53,452 nucleotides of DNA from an uncultured Rickettsiales bacterium (GTDB lineage: Bacteria; Myxococcota_A; UBA796; UBA9615; JAKLKC01), in contig CAYRTW010000003.1 in assembly GCA_964426935.1 (NCBI GenBank), positions 1 to 53,452 on the forward strand. The letters run 5' to 3'. Shown here piece after piece: positions 1 through 9,877 of this stretch. The position numbers and the translations under genes were made by a program. Every line of letters begins with the position of its first letter. The first letter of the stretch is position 1. The notes beneath the pieces are model-generated. The model did no database searches and was not told the origin of the DNA. It saw nothing but the letters and a program-made list of their open reading frames with translations.

Positions 1-1818
1 GGGCAGGTGCCGCTCACGGGCTTCAGCGACGGTGCCGAGGCCCACACCATCCTCACCCAGCCGGGTCGATTCGAGTGGTTGGCTCGCCAGGTGACCGAAG
101 AGACAAGGGCCCAGGTGGAGGCTCTGAAGATCGAGGGGATCCAGGTGACCTTTGAGGCCAAGAGGACCTATCCCAACGGCTCACTGGCGGGGCAGGTGAT
201 GGGGTTCGTGGGCAAGGAAGGTCGGGGGATGGAGGGGGTGGAAGCCCGCTACAACCACGTCCTTCAGGGAAAAACCAAGGGCTTCACCATCCTCAAGGAC
301 GGCAGGCAGCGCAACATCACCCCCGGTGGGGTGGTGGCCCGGGAGTGGAACCAGGGGGACAACCTGGTGTTGACCCTGGATCGGGACATCCAATATGCCG
401 CCGAGCAGGCCCTTGCTGACGCCGTGGAAAAATGGAAAGCCACTCGGGGAGAGGTGGTGGTCATGGACGTGCAGACCGGGGCCCTCCTCGCCCTGGCCAC
501 CGCCCCCGCCATGGATCCCAACCACTACGGCAAGCTGGACAAGGAGGCGTTTCGCAACATGCCCCTGGTGTTCAACTATGAGCCGGGGTCGGTGATGAAG
601 ATCTTCCTGATCTCCTCAGCCCTGGAGTCGGGAACGGTGACGCCGGACACGAAGTTCTTCTGTGAATACGGGCAGTTCGGCTATGGAAAGAGGATCGTCC
701 ACGACACCCATCCCTATGGAGACATGACGGTAAGGGAAATCCTGAAGGTCTCCAGCAACATCGGCAGCACCAAGATCGCCGACAAGATGGGCAGGGAAGC
801 GCTGTGGAACTGGTATCGCTCCTGGGGATTCGGCAGCCCCACCGGGGTGGATCTCCCCGGGGAGGAAGGGGGAATCCTCCGCCACTTCAGCAAGTGGGCC
901 CCCATTGATGTCGCCACCCATGCCTACGGGCAGGGGGTGTCGGTGACTGGCGTCCAGGTCGCCGCCGCCCTCTCCGCCATCGCCAACGGGGGCCGACTGA
1001 TGAAGCCCTATATCGTCTCCGAGGTGCGGGACCGGGAGGCGGCGGTTCTCTCCCGAACCGAGCCCACCGAAGTGAGGCGGGTCCTGTGCGACACCACCGC
1101 CGCCGAGGTCCGCGCCATGATGGGGGGAGTGCTGGAAGAGGGGGGAACGGGAACCCTGGCTCGTCTGGATGCCTACACCGCAGCGGGAAAGACCGGTACG
1201 GCCCAAAAGATCGATCCCGCCACCCGCACCTATCGCCTGTGGGTTTCCTCCTTCGTGGGATTCGCCCCCCTGGAGAATCCTCGGATTGCCATCGTGGTGA
1301 CCCTGGATGAACCCACCCTGCACCATTACGGCGGAGTGGTGGCGGGGCCGGTGTTCCGGGAAGTGGGGCGCAAGGCCTTGATGGCCCTGGGAGTCCCCGC
1401 CCTGTCTACCACCGGCAATCTGGCGGAAACGCAGCGGGAGGCCGCCGTCCCGGACCTGCCTTCTCCATCCACCACCCCGCCGGGAAAGGCGGTGGCTTCT
1501 GCCGCCCTCGAAGGGGAGGACGAGATCCCCGAAGCCCCGGCGACCATGCCCGATCTGTCGGGAAACACCGTCCGGATCGCCCTGGACAAGCTCAAGGGAG
1601 CCCTCGCCTCGATTCGGGTGGAAGGTTCGGGGCTGCTCACCCACCAATCTCCCTCCCCGGGGGTCAAGATGGTGGACGTCCGGGAGGTGGTGCTGACCTT
1701 CACCCCCAGGAAGCCCCCGCCGGTGCCAGAAGTGCCTGCGGTCCTGCCCACCCAGGGAGGGGGACTGGCGGCTCCCTCCACCGCCCACACCCATCCCACC
1801 CGGGAGCAGGCGCAATGA
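1..1818 (+). CDS. ftsI: Peptidoglycan D,D-transpeptidase FtsI/PBP3, 5'-truncated by the window edge, with a C-terminal PASTA-like domain
   Basis: Frame is open from nt 1. Penicillin-binding motifs SVMK (SxxK), SSN (SxN) and KTGT are present. The gene heads the mur/fts cluster and its stop overlaps the murE start (ATGA at 1815). Confidence 0.9.
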   Translation, partial: GQVPLTGFSDGAEAHTILTQPGRFEWLARQVTEETRAQVEALKIEGIQVTFEAKRTYPNGSLAGQVMGFVGKEGRGMEGVEARYNHVLQGKTKGFTILKDGRQRNITPGGVVAREWNQGDNLVLTLDRDIQYAAEQALADAVEKWKATRGEVVVMDVQTGALLALATAPAMDPNHYGKLDKEAFRNMPLVFNYEPGSVMKIFLISSALESGTVTPDTKFFCEYGQFGYGKRIVHDTHPYGDMTVREILKVSSNIGSTKIADKMGREALWNWYRSWGFGSPTGVDLPGEEGGILRHFSKWAPIDVATHAYGQGVSVTGVQVAAALSAIANGGRLMKPYIVSEVRDREAAVLSRTEPTEVRRVLCDTTAAEVRAMMGGVLEEGGTGTLARLDAYTAAGKTGTAQKIDPATRTYRLWVSSFVGFAPLENPRIAIVVTLDEPTLHHYGGVVAGPVFREVGRKALMALGVPALSTTGNLAETQREAAVPDLPSPSTTPPGKAVASAALEGEDEIPEAPATMPDLSGNTVRIALDKLKGALASIRVEGSGLLTHQSPSPGVKMVDVREVVLTFTPRKPPPVPEVPAVLPTQGGGLAAPSTAHTHPTREQAQ

Positions 1819-3317
1819 GGGGTCCTTCCCTGAATGGCCTCCTCCTCCATCTCCCCGGCGAAGTGGAAAGGCGAGGCTTCGGGGAAATGGAGATCCAGGG
1901 GCTGGCGGTGGATTCCCGGAAGGTCGGTCCCGGGTGCGTCTTCGGAGCGGTTGCCGGAAGCGAAGCAAACGGAATTCAGTTTGTCCAGGACGCGATTTCT
2001 CGGGGTGCGGTCGCCATCGTGGCGCGGGAATGGCCCCACGAGCTTCCCGAAGGAGTGACCTGGCTGAAGTCGGCCGATCCCCGGCGGACCCTGGCGAGGC
2101 TGGCCGCCGCCTTCCACGGTCATCCCGCCCGCAAGATGAAGGTGGTGGCCGTCACCGGAACCAATGGCAAGACCACCACCGCCACCCTGACTGCCGGGGT
2201 GATGGAGGCGGGAGGCTGGCCCACCGCTCTGCTGGGGACCACCGGGATTTTCTTCCATGGGCAGCACGCCCCCTCCTCCCACACCACTCCTGAGGGGGTG
2301 GATCTCCATGCCCTGCTTGGGGATCTGCTGAATCGGGGGGCCAGGGGAGTGTCTCTGGAAGCCTCCTCCCACGCCCTGCACCAGGGAAGGCTGGCGGGGC
2401 TGGATGTGGACGTGGCGATCTACACCCATCTTTCCCGGGATCACCTGGATTATCACCGGGACATGGCCTCCTACGCCGCCGCCAAGGAGAGGCTGGTGAC
2501 CGAGGTGCTGGCCGAATCAATCAAGGGAGAGGGGAGGGGGTTTGCCGCCCATGCCAACGACGCCCACGCCCTGGCCCTCGCCAAGAAGTGGCCGAATTCA
2601 CTGCTGTTTTCAGCGATCCCTCATCCAACGGCCCAGGTGGTGGCCGAGTCGGCCACCTTTCGCGTGGAGGGATTCATCGCCCAGGTGGCGACCCCCTGGG
2701 GGAAGGTCGAACTTCGGTCACCCCTGACCGGGCCCCACAACCTGGAAAACGCCCTGGGGGCGCTGACGGCGGGGCTCCTCCTGGGAATCACCCTGGAAGA
2801 GGCAGCGGCAGGGGTGGAGGCGGTTGAAAGGGTGCCGGGTCGGCTGGAAAGAGTAGAAGAATCCGGGGGTTCCGGCCCCGTGGTGCTGGTGGATTATGCC
2901 CACTCCGACGATGCCCTGGACCGGGTCCTGTCCTCCCTTCGCCCCCTGACCCAAGGTCGCCTGATCTGCGTGTTCGGCTGCGGTGGAGATCGGGACCGGG
3001 GCAAGAGGCCGTTGATGGCCGCAGCGGCCTCTCGTCACGCGCATCGGGTGGTGCTGACCTCCGACAACCCCCGCACCGAGGATCCCCTGGCCATCCTGGC
3101 CGATGCTCGGGAGGGGAGTCCCCCGGGAATCGACTGGGTGATGGAGCCCGACCGGGCCCGGGCCATCCACCGGGCCATCCTGGAGGCAGCGGAGGGGGAC
3201 GTGATCCTCATCGCCGGCAAGGGACACGAGGACTACCAGGTGGTGGGAACGAGGCGCCTGCCCTTCGATGATCGGCAAGAAGCGCGGGTGGCCCTGCGAG
3301 GGTGGGGAAGGTCATGA
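1815..3317 (+). CDS. murE: UDP-N-acetylmuramoyl-L-alanyl-D-glutamate--2,6-diaminopimelate ligase
   Basis: Mur ligase P-loop VTGTNGKTTT; MurE-typical TSDNPRTEDP near the C-terminus; synteny between ftsI and murF. Confidence 0.9.
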   Translation: MRGPSLNGLLLHLPGEVERRGFGEMEIQGLAVDSRKVGPGCVFGAVAGSEANGIQFVQDAISRGAVAIVAREWPHELPEGVTWLKSADPRRTLARLAAAFHGHPARKMKVVAVTGTNGKTTTATLTAGVMEAGGWPTALLGTTGIFFHGQHAPSSHTTPEGVDLHALLGDLLNRGARGVSLEASSHALHQGRLAGLDVDVAIYTHLSRDHLDYHRDMASYAAAKERLVTEVLAESIKGEGRGFAAHANDAHALALAKKWPNSLLFSAIPHPTAQVVAESATFRVEGFIAQVATPWGKVELRSPLTGPHNLENALGALTAGLLLGITLEEAAAGVEAVERVPGRLERVEESGGSGPVVLVDYAHSDDALDRVLSSLRPLTQGRLICVFGCGGDRDRGKRPLMAAAASRHAHRVVLTSDNPRTEDPLAILADAREGSPPGIDWVMEPDRARAIHRAILEAAEGDVILIAGKGHEDYQVVGTRRLPFDDRQEARVALRGWGRS

Positions 3318-4756
3318 ACCCCTCTTCCTCCTCTCATTTTGCCCCTCCTTACCGGTTGACCTCCGAGGCCCTCCTGCGGGCGGTGGGGGGCAGGGCATTG
3401 ACCGGGTTCGTTCCCGGCTCCTGGTCCATCACCACCGATTCCCGCCTGGCCGAGGCAGGGAGGCTCTTCCTGGCCCTTCAGGGAGAGAGGATGGACGGCC
3501 ACCGCTTCGTCCAGGATGTGCTTCGGATACCGGGTACCGCCGCTCTGGTGCAGGAGGGGCGCTTTACCGAAGGAGACCTGCCGCCGGGGAGGCTGGTGGT
3601 GGAGGTGGAAGACACCGGTCAGGCTCTTCTGGATCTGGGAAGGACGGCCCGCATCGGGTTTTCGGAGCCGGTGATCGGCCTGACCGGATCGGTGGGCAAG
3701 ACCACCACCAAGGAGATGATCGCCGCCATCCTGGGGGAGAGGGGCCCCGGGCTGGCCACCGAAGGCAACCTCAACAACCTGGTGGGTTGCCCCCTGACCC
3801 TCCTCCGCCTCAGCCCCGAGCACCGGTTTGCGGTCATCGAGATGGGTATGAACGCCTTCCACGAGATCGAGGCCATGGCCCTGGCCACCCTCCCCGATGT
3901 CCGGTTGATCACTCGCATCGGCAAGGCCCATCTGGAGAAGCTGGGGGGAGTTGAGGGAGTGGCTCGAGCCAAGGGGGAGCTGTTCGCCACCGCCCGCCCC
4001 GGGGACGTGTTGGTCATCAATCGGGACGATCCCCACAGCGCCCTCCTTCCCCTTCCCGAAGGGTGCAAGGTGCTGGGCTTCGGAGAGGGGGTGGGAGCGG
4101 ATGTTCGCCTCATCGCGGTGCGCTCCGAAGGCTGGCGAGGAAGCAGGATGGTGGTGGACCTGGGGGAGGAAACGGTGGACGTGGCCCTTCCCCTGCCAGG
4201 AGTTCACAACGTGTGGAACGCGCTTTCGGCGGTGGCGGTGGCGGTGGCGGTGGGATATTCGGGCAGGGAAATCCGAGCCGGACTGTCCCGGGTGAAGGGG
4301 CCGGCCATGAGGATGGAAGTGACCGAACTGCCCTCGGGGGCCCTCCTCATCAACGACGCCTACAACGCCAACGAAACCTCCATGGAAGCCGCCCTCTCCG
4401 CCCTGGCTCAGGATCCCTCGCGGCCTCGCATCGCCGTCCTGGGGGACATGTTGGAGTTGGGGGAGGAATCGGTGCCATCCCACCGGGAGGTGGGGCGCCT
4501 GGCCTCTGGAGCCTCCCTGGATCTCCTGGTGTGCCTGGGGGAGCAGTCCCGGGAGATTCTTGCGGGAGCGGGGGAGGCGGGGATGGAGGAGGCCAGGCGG
4601 GTTCAGGCCCGGAGCCACGCCGAAGCAGCGGCGGCGGTAGTTCCATTGTTGAAATCGCCCGGGGCCCGCGTTCTGGTGAAGGGCTCGCGGGGAATGGCCA
4701 TGGAGAAGGTGATCGCCTCGTGGACATCCCCTGAAGGATGGGAAGGGAAGCCATGA
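3314..4756 (+). CDS. murF: UDP-N-acetylmuramoyl-tripeptide--D-alanyl-D-alanine ligase
   Basis: P-loop GLTGSVGKTTTKEM and the DAYNANxxS motif. ATG at 3314 overlaps the murE stop (ATGA). The tracked ORF start at 3302 is probably an over-extension. Confidence 0.88.
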   Translation: MNPSSSSHFAPPYRLTSEALLRAVGGRALTGFVPGSWSITTDSRLAEAGRLFLALQGERMDGHRFVQDVLRIPGTAALVQEGRFTEGDLPPGRLVVEVEDTGQALLDLGRTARIGFSEPVIGLTGSVGKTTTKEMIAAILGERGPGLATEGNLNNLVGCPLTLLRLSPEHRFAVIEMGMNAFHEIEAMALATLPDVRLITRIGKAHLEKLGGVEGVARAKGELFATARPGDVLVINRDDPHSALLPLPEGCKVLGFGEGVGADVRLIAVRSEGWRGSRMVVDLGEETVDVALPLPGVHNVWNALSAVAVAVAVGYSGREIRAGLSRVKGPAMRMEVTELPSGALLINDAYNANETSMEAALSALAQDPSRPRIAVLGDMLELGEESVPSHREVGRLASGASLDLLVCLGEQSREILAGAGEAGMEEARRVQARSHAEAAAAVVPLLKSPGARVLVKGSRGMAMEKVIASWTSPEGWEGKP

Positions 4757-4919
4757 ACTCCGGGAAGGCTCAGGCATGTACAGGGAAGAAAAGGGGCCCC
4801 GCCCACCCCGATCTCAGTAACTGGATGGGAGATCTGCCCGTTTTGCCATCGGTCCAGCCCCATCCTGGCCCAATCCTTCCCATCCCCCCAGCGACCCGCT
4901 GAAGCAGGAGGAGGAGACC

Positions 4920-5999
4920 GTGTTCTATTACCTCTACACCCACCTTCAGGACAGCTCGATCCTGTTCAACGTCTTTCGGTACATCAGCTTTCGGGCGGCG
5001 GGGGCCATGATCACGGCCCTGCTCATCGCCATGGTCCTCTATCCCCCCTTCATCCGCCGCCTTGAGCTGCTGAAGATGGGTCAGCAGGTGCGGAGCGATG
5101 GACCGGAAACCCATCTGGTCAAGGCGGGCACCCCCACCATGGGTGGCCTGCTCATGCTCCTGGCCATTGTGCTTTCGACCCTGCTGTGGGCCCGGGTGGA
5201 CATCCCCCTGGTGTGGTGGGTGCTGGGGATCGCCTGTGGGTTCGGGTTTGTGGGGTTCCTGGACGACTACCAGAAGATCGCTCGCCGCAACACCAAGGGG
5301 GTGTCCGGCAAGGCGCGGCTGGCCATGGAGTTTGTGATCGCAGGCGGGATCATGGGGGCGGCAGTCTATGGGTTTGGCCTCTCTTCCGATCTGCCCATTC
5401 CCTTCCTCAAGGAAGTGAGCCTGGAGCTGACCCGGCCCGGATACGTGATCTTTTCCACCTTCGTCATTGTCGCCTTCGGGAATGCCGTCAACCTCACCGA
5501 TGGATTGGACGGATTGGCCATTGGCCCGGTGATGACTTCCGCCCTCACCCTGGCGGTACTGGCGTACCTGGCAGGAAACTTCAAGTATGCCGACTACTTG
5601 AACCTCCCGGTGGTGGCCGGGGCCGGTGAGCTGACCATCTTCGCGGTGACCCTGGTGGGGGCGGGCCTGGGCTTCCTCTGGTACAACTCCCACCCGGCGT
5701 CCATTTTCATGGGGGACACGGGAAGCCTTCCATTGGGAGGAGCCATCGGCACCCTGGCGGTGCTCACCAAGAACGAGCTGCTGTCGGTCCTGGTGGGCTC
5801 GGTGTTCGTGGCGGAGATGCTGTCGGTGGTCATTCAGGTGACCTCCTTCAAGCTCACCGGGAATCGGGTGTTTCGCATGTCCCCCCTCCATCATCATTAC
5901 GAAAAAGGAGGGATGAAGGAGAGCAAGGTCATCGTTCGCTTCTGGATCGTCTCCATCTTGTGCGCCCTGTTTGCCCTCATGACCCTCAAGTTGCGGTGA
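4920..5999 (+). CDS. mraY: Phospho-N-acetylmuramoyl-pentapeptide transferase
   Basis: Polytopic membrane protein with NAVNLTDGLDGLA and the HHHYE motif. GTG start is preceded by GGAGGAGGAG. Confidence 0.9.
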   Translation: MFYYLYTHLQDSSILFNVFRYISFRAAGAMITALLIAMVLYPPFIRRLELLKMGQQVRSDGPETHLVKAGTPTMGGLLMLLAIVLSTLLWARVDIPLVWWVLGIACGFGFVGFLDDYQKIARRNTKGVSGKARLAMEFVIAGGIMGAAVYGFGLSSDLPIPFLKEVSLELTRPGYVIFSTFVIVAFGNAVNLTDGLDGLAIGPVMTSALTLAVLAYLAGNFKYADYLNLPVVAGAGELTIFAVTLVGAGLGFLWYNSHPASIFMGDTGSLPLGGAIGTLAVLTKNELLSVLVGSVFVAEMLSVVIQVTSFKLTGNRVFRMSPLHHHYEKGGMKESKVIVRFWIVSILCALFALMTLKLR

Positions 6000-7384
6000 T
6001 GAACGTGTTGCCTCCTTCCCTGAGCTTCGTTCGAGTTGCCGTGGTGGTGGGCCTGGGCCTGTCGGGGGTCTCCGCCGCTCGGGCCCTCCTGCGGTTGGGA
6101 ATCCAGGTTCGGGTCAATGATCAACGGTCGATTGCGCAACTATCTGAAACAGCTCATGAAATCAGCAGCATGGGGGGAGAGCTCCATCTGGGAGGGCACC
6201 CCATCTCCCTTGTGGAGGGGGCCGACCTGATCATCGCTTCCCCTGGAGTTCCCCCGGAGAATCCCGTTCTCGCCGCAGGGAGGCGGCGAGGGATCCCCGT
6301 GTGGGGAGAAATGGAGCTGGGACTACAGCTTCTGCGGGGGGTCCCTCTGGTGGCCATCACCGGGACCAACGGCAAGTCCACCACCACCACCTGGGCGGGA
6401 AGCATGGTGGCGGCGGCCCTTCCCCGGGTCTTTGTGGGAGGGAACCTGGGGACCCCCCTGTGCGCCGCGTCCGCTTCCCAGCAAGGAGGACCATGGGACT
6501 GCCTGGTGGTGGAGGTCTCCAGTTTTCAGGCCCAGACCTCCCCCTCCGCTCATCCCCTGGCGGCAGCCGTCCTCAACGTCACTCCCGATCACCTGGATCG
6601 GTATGCCGGGATGGAGGAGTACGCTGCGGCCAAAGGGGAGCTGTTTCGCCTGCAGGTTCCCGGGGATCTGGCGGTGTATCGGTCCGGGGACTTCTGGGCA
6701 GAAAAGGTGGCCCGAACCGGAAAGGGGGAGCTGGCTCCCTTTGCCAGCCGCCCTTTGCAAAAGGGAGAGATCGGAGGAGGAATTTCAAGTGATTCCATGC
6801 AGATATGCCTCCCCGGTGGTCAGTTTGAAGAGTATCCCCTCCAGGATTTTACCGTTCCTGGCACCCACAACCGGGAGAACCTGATGGCGGCGACCCTCCT
6901 GGCCAGAAGGGCGGGGGTCTCTCCCGAGGAGATCATGGTCACCCTCCCTCGCCTGGGTTCCCTTCCCCACCGCCTGGAGCCGGTGGGAGTGAGGCGAGGA
7001 GTCACCTTCTACAACGACTCCAAGGCCACCAATGTGGACTCGGCGGCGGCCTCGGTGGGGGGTCTGCCAGGCCCTCTGGTGTGGCTTCTGGGTGGAAAGC
7101 ACAAGGGCTCCCCCTACACTCCGCTGCGGGCCCTGGTGCCGGGGCGAGTGAGGGCGGTGGTGGCGTTTGGGGCGGCCGGGGGTCGGGTTCGAGAGGACAT
7201 GGAAGGGGCGGGATGCCCGGTTGTGCAGGTGGGGACCCTATCGGCGGCGGTGGAAGAGGCAGCCGGGCTGGCCCTGGCCGGGGACGCGGTGGTCCTGTCG
7301 CCGGCATGCAGCAGCTACGACGAGTTCAATAATTTCGAGGAGAGGGGAGCCCGGTTTCGCTCCCTGGTGGAGGCCCTGTCATGA
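5999..7384 (+). CDS. murD: UDP-N-acetylmuramoylalanine--D-glutamate ligase
   Basis: N-terminal Rossmann GLGLSG and P-loop ITGTNGKSTTT. ATG at 5999 shares one nt with the mraY TGA. Confidence 0.88.
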   Translation: MNVLPPSLSFVRVAVVVGLGLSGVSAARALLRLGIQVRVNDQRSIAQLSETAHEISSMGGELHLGGHPISLVEGADLIIASPGVPPENPVLAAGRRRGIPVWGEMELGLQLLRGVPLVAITGTNGKSTTTTWAGSMVAAALPRVFVGGNLGTPLCAASASQQGGPWDCLVVEVSSFQAQTSPSAHPLAAAVLNVTPDHLDRYAGMEEYAAAKGELFRLQVPGDLAVYRSGDFWAEKVARTGKGELAPFASRPLQKGEIGGGISSDSMQICLPGGQFEEYPLQDFTVPGTHNRENLMAATLLARRAGVSPEEIMVTLPRLGSLPHRLEPVGVRRGVTFYNDSKATNVDSAAASVGGLPGPLVWLLGGKHKGSPYTPLRALVPGRVRAVVAFGAAGGRVREDMEGAGCPVVQVGTLSAAVEEAAGLALAGDAVVLSPACSSYDEFNNFEERGARFRSLVEALS

Positions 7385-8766
7385 GCGGGTGGATGAGCGG
7401 ATGGAAGCGGCGGAAGTGGAGTCCGGGGTCCGGAGGGGAGGGGTCTTCGCGAGGGGAGATGGCTTCCCAAGAGCTGCCCGCGCGAGTGAGGCGGTTTCAG
7501 CGTCCGGAAGGGGAGGGGTCCTTGTCCTCCCCCGCTCCTTCCCCACAGAAGGGAAGCTCCAGTTGGGGAAACCGCTTCCTCACCTGGCTGGGGAGCCGAG
7601 CCTTGGTACCCGAAGGCACCGATCTCCCTCTGGTGGCGGTGGTTCTGGCCCTGGTGCTCCTGGGGGTGACCATGGTGTACTCGGCAGGAGGGGTGAAGGC
7701 CGCCATGGATTACGGAGACCCCCTCTATCTCCTCAAGCGTCAGGCGGTTTTTGCCGGGCTGGGGCTCCTGGCCATGCTGGGAATGGCCCGGATTCCCTAC
7801 CAGGTCTACAAGAAATGGACCTACCCGGCGCTGCTCCTGGTAGCCCTGAGCCTGGTGGCGGTGCTGATTCCCGGGGTGGGCACCGCCATGGGGGGAGCGA
7901 GGCGGTGGATCAAGCTGGTGGGCTCCTTCTACATCCAGCCGTCGGAGATCGCCAAGCTGGTGCTCATCGTCTACCTGGCCTACTCCCTGGAAAAGAAGCA
8001 GAGGTTCATCTCCACGTTTTCCATGGGGATTTTGCCCCACCTCATCGTGGTGGGTTCCATCCTGGTGCTCATTCTGGCCGAGCCGGACTTCGGAACCACC
8101 GCCACCTTGGGCCTCATTCTCTTCGCCATGATGTTTGTGGCGGGGACCCGCTTTATTCATCTCTTCGGTCTGGGGCTGGTGGCGGCGCCGGTGGCCTTTG
8201 TGGTGCTGATGGGAGAGGAATATCGCCGACAGAGGATGCTGGCGTTCATCAATCCCTGGGGAGATCCCAAGGATACGGGTTTCCAGATCATCCAATCCTG
8301 GTTGGCGTTTCGGGGAGGAGGAGCCACCGGGCTGGGCCTGGGGGATGGTCACCAGAAGCTGTTCTTCCTGCCTGCCGCCCACACCGATTTCATTTTCGCT
8401 GTGGTGGCGGAAGAGTTGGGGCTGGCGGGAGCCCTGGGGGTGATTCTCCTGTTCGCAGCCTTCGTCTATCGGGGAATCAAGGCAGTGGAAGCGGCTCCTG
8501 ACCTGTTCGGTCGCTTGTTGGGGCTGGGCATCACCTTCATGGTGGGGCTTCAGGCCTGCATCAACATGTGCGTGGTCACCGGCCTCCTGCCCACCAAGGG
8601 GTTGACCCTTCCCTTCGTCTCCTACGGCGGCTCCTCCCTCATTTTCGGATTGGCCATGGTAGGAGTCCTCCTCAACATCACCTCTCAGGCCTCCTCCGTT
8701 CGGAAGAGGGAGTGGCCCTCCTCCGGTCCCTCTCGGTTTTTTGCCCCTCCTCCGGTGGAGGCTTGA
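7381..8766 (+). CDS. ftsW: SEDS-family peptidoglycan glycosyltransferase FtsW, with a ~70-aa Ser/Gly/Pro-rich N-terminal tail
   Basis: About 10 TM segments, the QPSEIAKL motif and the LPFVSYGGSS motif. ATGA overlap with murD. Confidence 0.88.
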   Translation: MSGWMSGWKRRKWSPGSGGEGSSRGEMASQELPARVRRFQRPEGEGSLSSPAPSPQKGSSSWGNRFLTWLGSRALVPEGTDLPLVAVVLALVLLGVTMVYSAGGVKAAMDYGDPLYLLKRQAVFAGLGLLAMLGMARIPYQVYKKWTYPALLLVALSLVAVLIPGVGTAMGGARRWIKLVGSFYIQPSEIAKLVLIVYLAYSLEKKQRFISTFSMGILPHLIVVGSILVLILAEPDFGTTATLGLILFAMMFVAGTRFIHLFGLGLVAAPVAFVVLMGEEYRRQRMLAFINPWGDPKDTGFQIIQSWLAFRGGGATGLGLGDGHQKLFFLPAAHTDFIFAVVAEELGLAGALGVILLFAAFVYRGIKAVEAAPDLFGRLLGLGITFMVGLQACINMCVVTGLLPTKGLTLPFVSYGGSSLIFGLAMVGVLLNITSQASSVRKREWPSSGPSRFFAPPPVEA

Positions 8767-8767
8767 G

Positions 8768-9877
8768 GTGAAGGTTCTCATCGCCGGTGGTGGTACGGGG
8801 GGACACTTCTTTTCAGGAGTGGCGGTGGGAGAGGCATTTCTGGCTCGGGATCCCCGCAACCAGGTGGTCTATGCCGGTACCCGGGCGGGGATTGAAGCCA
8901 GGGTGGCGGAAAAAGAGAAGTTGGATGTCCGGTTCATTCGGGTGAGTGGACTCAAGGGCAAGGGCCTTCTGGCCCGTCTGGAGGGGTTCCTCCGTCTTCC
9001 CCTGGCATTCTGGGACAGCCTGGTTCTCCTGTTCAAGGAGAGGCCGAGCCTGGTGATCGGCGTGGGGGGATATGCTTCGGGGCCTCTGGTGATGACCGCC
9101 CGATTCCTGGGCAAGAAGACCGCCATCGTCGAGCAGAACAGCATCCCCGGCTTCACCAACAAGGTCCTTTCCCGCCTGGTTCACCGGGTCTACGCGGGGT
9201 TTCCCGACCACGGCCGCTGGTTTCCCGCCGGCAAGACCCTGTTTACTGGCAATCCCATCCGCCGCCGCCTGGTGGAGACACTGGCGTTGAGCGCTCCTCG
9301 GAGAGACGGCTCGGAGGGGGACTTCCACCTCCTGGTGTTCGGCGGCAGTCAAGGAGCCCATCGCCTCAACGTGGCCCTGGTGGAGGCCATGGACCATCTC
9401 CCCCAGGAGTTCAAAGCTGGCCTGCGTCTCCTCCATCAAACCGGGGAAAAGGACTTTCCCGAGGTCAAGGAGGGGTATGCCACCCGGGGAATGCCGGGGG
9501 TGGACGTTCGCCCCTTCATTCACGACATGGCCGAGGCATACCGGGACGCCGATCTGGTGATATGCAGGGCAGGAGCCTCCACCCTGGCGGAGCTGACGGT
9601 GAGCCAGCGCCCCGCCATCCTGGTGCCCTTTCCCCACGCCATCTACAACCACCAGGAGGTGAACGCTCAAGCCCTGGTGGCCGAGGGAGCGGCCCTGCTG
9701 ATTCTGGACCGGGAGCTGAACGGAAAATCCCTGGCCGAGGCTCTGGTCTCCCTGGCTGCCGACCCTTCTCGGTTGCGGCGCATGGGGCAGGCGTCGGCCT
9801 CCCTGGGACGCCCTCAGGCGGCGTTCGAAGTGGTCGACGATTGTCACCGGCTGGTGGGATGGGCGAAGAAGCCATGA
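8768..9877 (+). CDS. murG: Undecaprenyldiphospho-muramoylpentapeptide beta-N-acetylglucosaminyltransferase
   Basis: N-terminal [15 protein letters not shown] (G-loop). GTG at 8768 lies just after the ftsW stop. C-terminal GT28 domain with [10 protein letters not shown]. Confidence 0.88.
   Translation: MKVLIAGGGTGGHFFSGVAVGEAFLARDPRNQVVYAGTRAGIEARVAEKEKLDVRFIRVSGLKGKGLLARLEGFLRLPLAFWDSLVLLFKERPSLVIGVGGYASGPLVMTARFLGKKTAIVEQNSIPGFTNKVLSRLVHRVYAGFPDHGRWFPAGKTLFTGNPIRRRLVETLALSAPRRDGSEGDFHLLVFGGSQGAHRLNVALVEAMDHLPQEFKAGLRLLHQTGEKDFPEVKEGYATRGMPGVDVRPFIHDMAEAYRDADLVICRAGASTLAELTVSQRPAILVPFPHAIYNHQEVNAQALVAEGAALLILDRELNGKSLAEALVSLAADPSRLRRMGQASASLGRPQAAFEVVDDCHRLVGWAKKP

Noticed and set aside
616-1968. 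Very long antisense or alternate-frame ORFs throughout the window. Examples on the minus strand: 616-1968, 1326-2456, 3233-4777, 4770-5897, 7315-8859, 14433-16403, 16558-18036, 33787-35955, 45369-47039 and 47108-48082.
   Set aside because: They lie opposite or overlap genes with unmistakable conserved motifs. Their translations are Arg/Pro/Gly-rich low-complexity strings typical of non-coding frames in GC-rich DNA. None shows a recognisable motif.
4228-4251. Hexanucleotide tandem repeat (GGCGGT)x4 inside murF, encoding AVAVAVAV.
   Set aside because: It is in frame and short, and it sits in an Ala/Val-rich helix region that is normal for MurF. There is no evidence that it is more than a codon-level repeat.
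9562-9873. N-terminal over-extensions in the ORF track: murC from 9562, ftsZ from 16573, acpP from 33562, rfbF up to 44362, 41152-41280, 19351-19560, 49484-49675, 45360-45434 and ftsQ from 13344.
   Set aside because: In each case the extension overlaps the upstream gene or is low-complexity. An internal ATG or GTG coincides with the conserved N-terminus, a signal peptide, an SD-like sequence or an ATGA coupling site.
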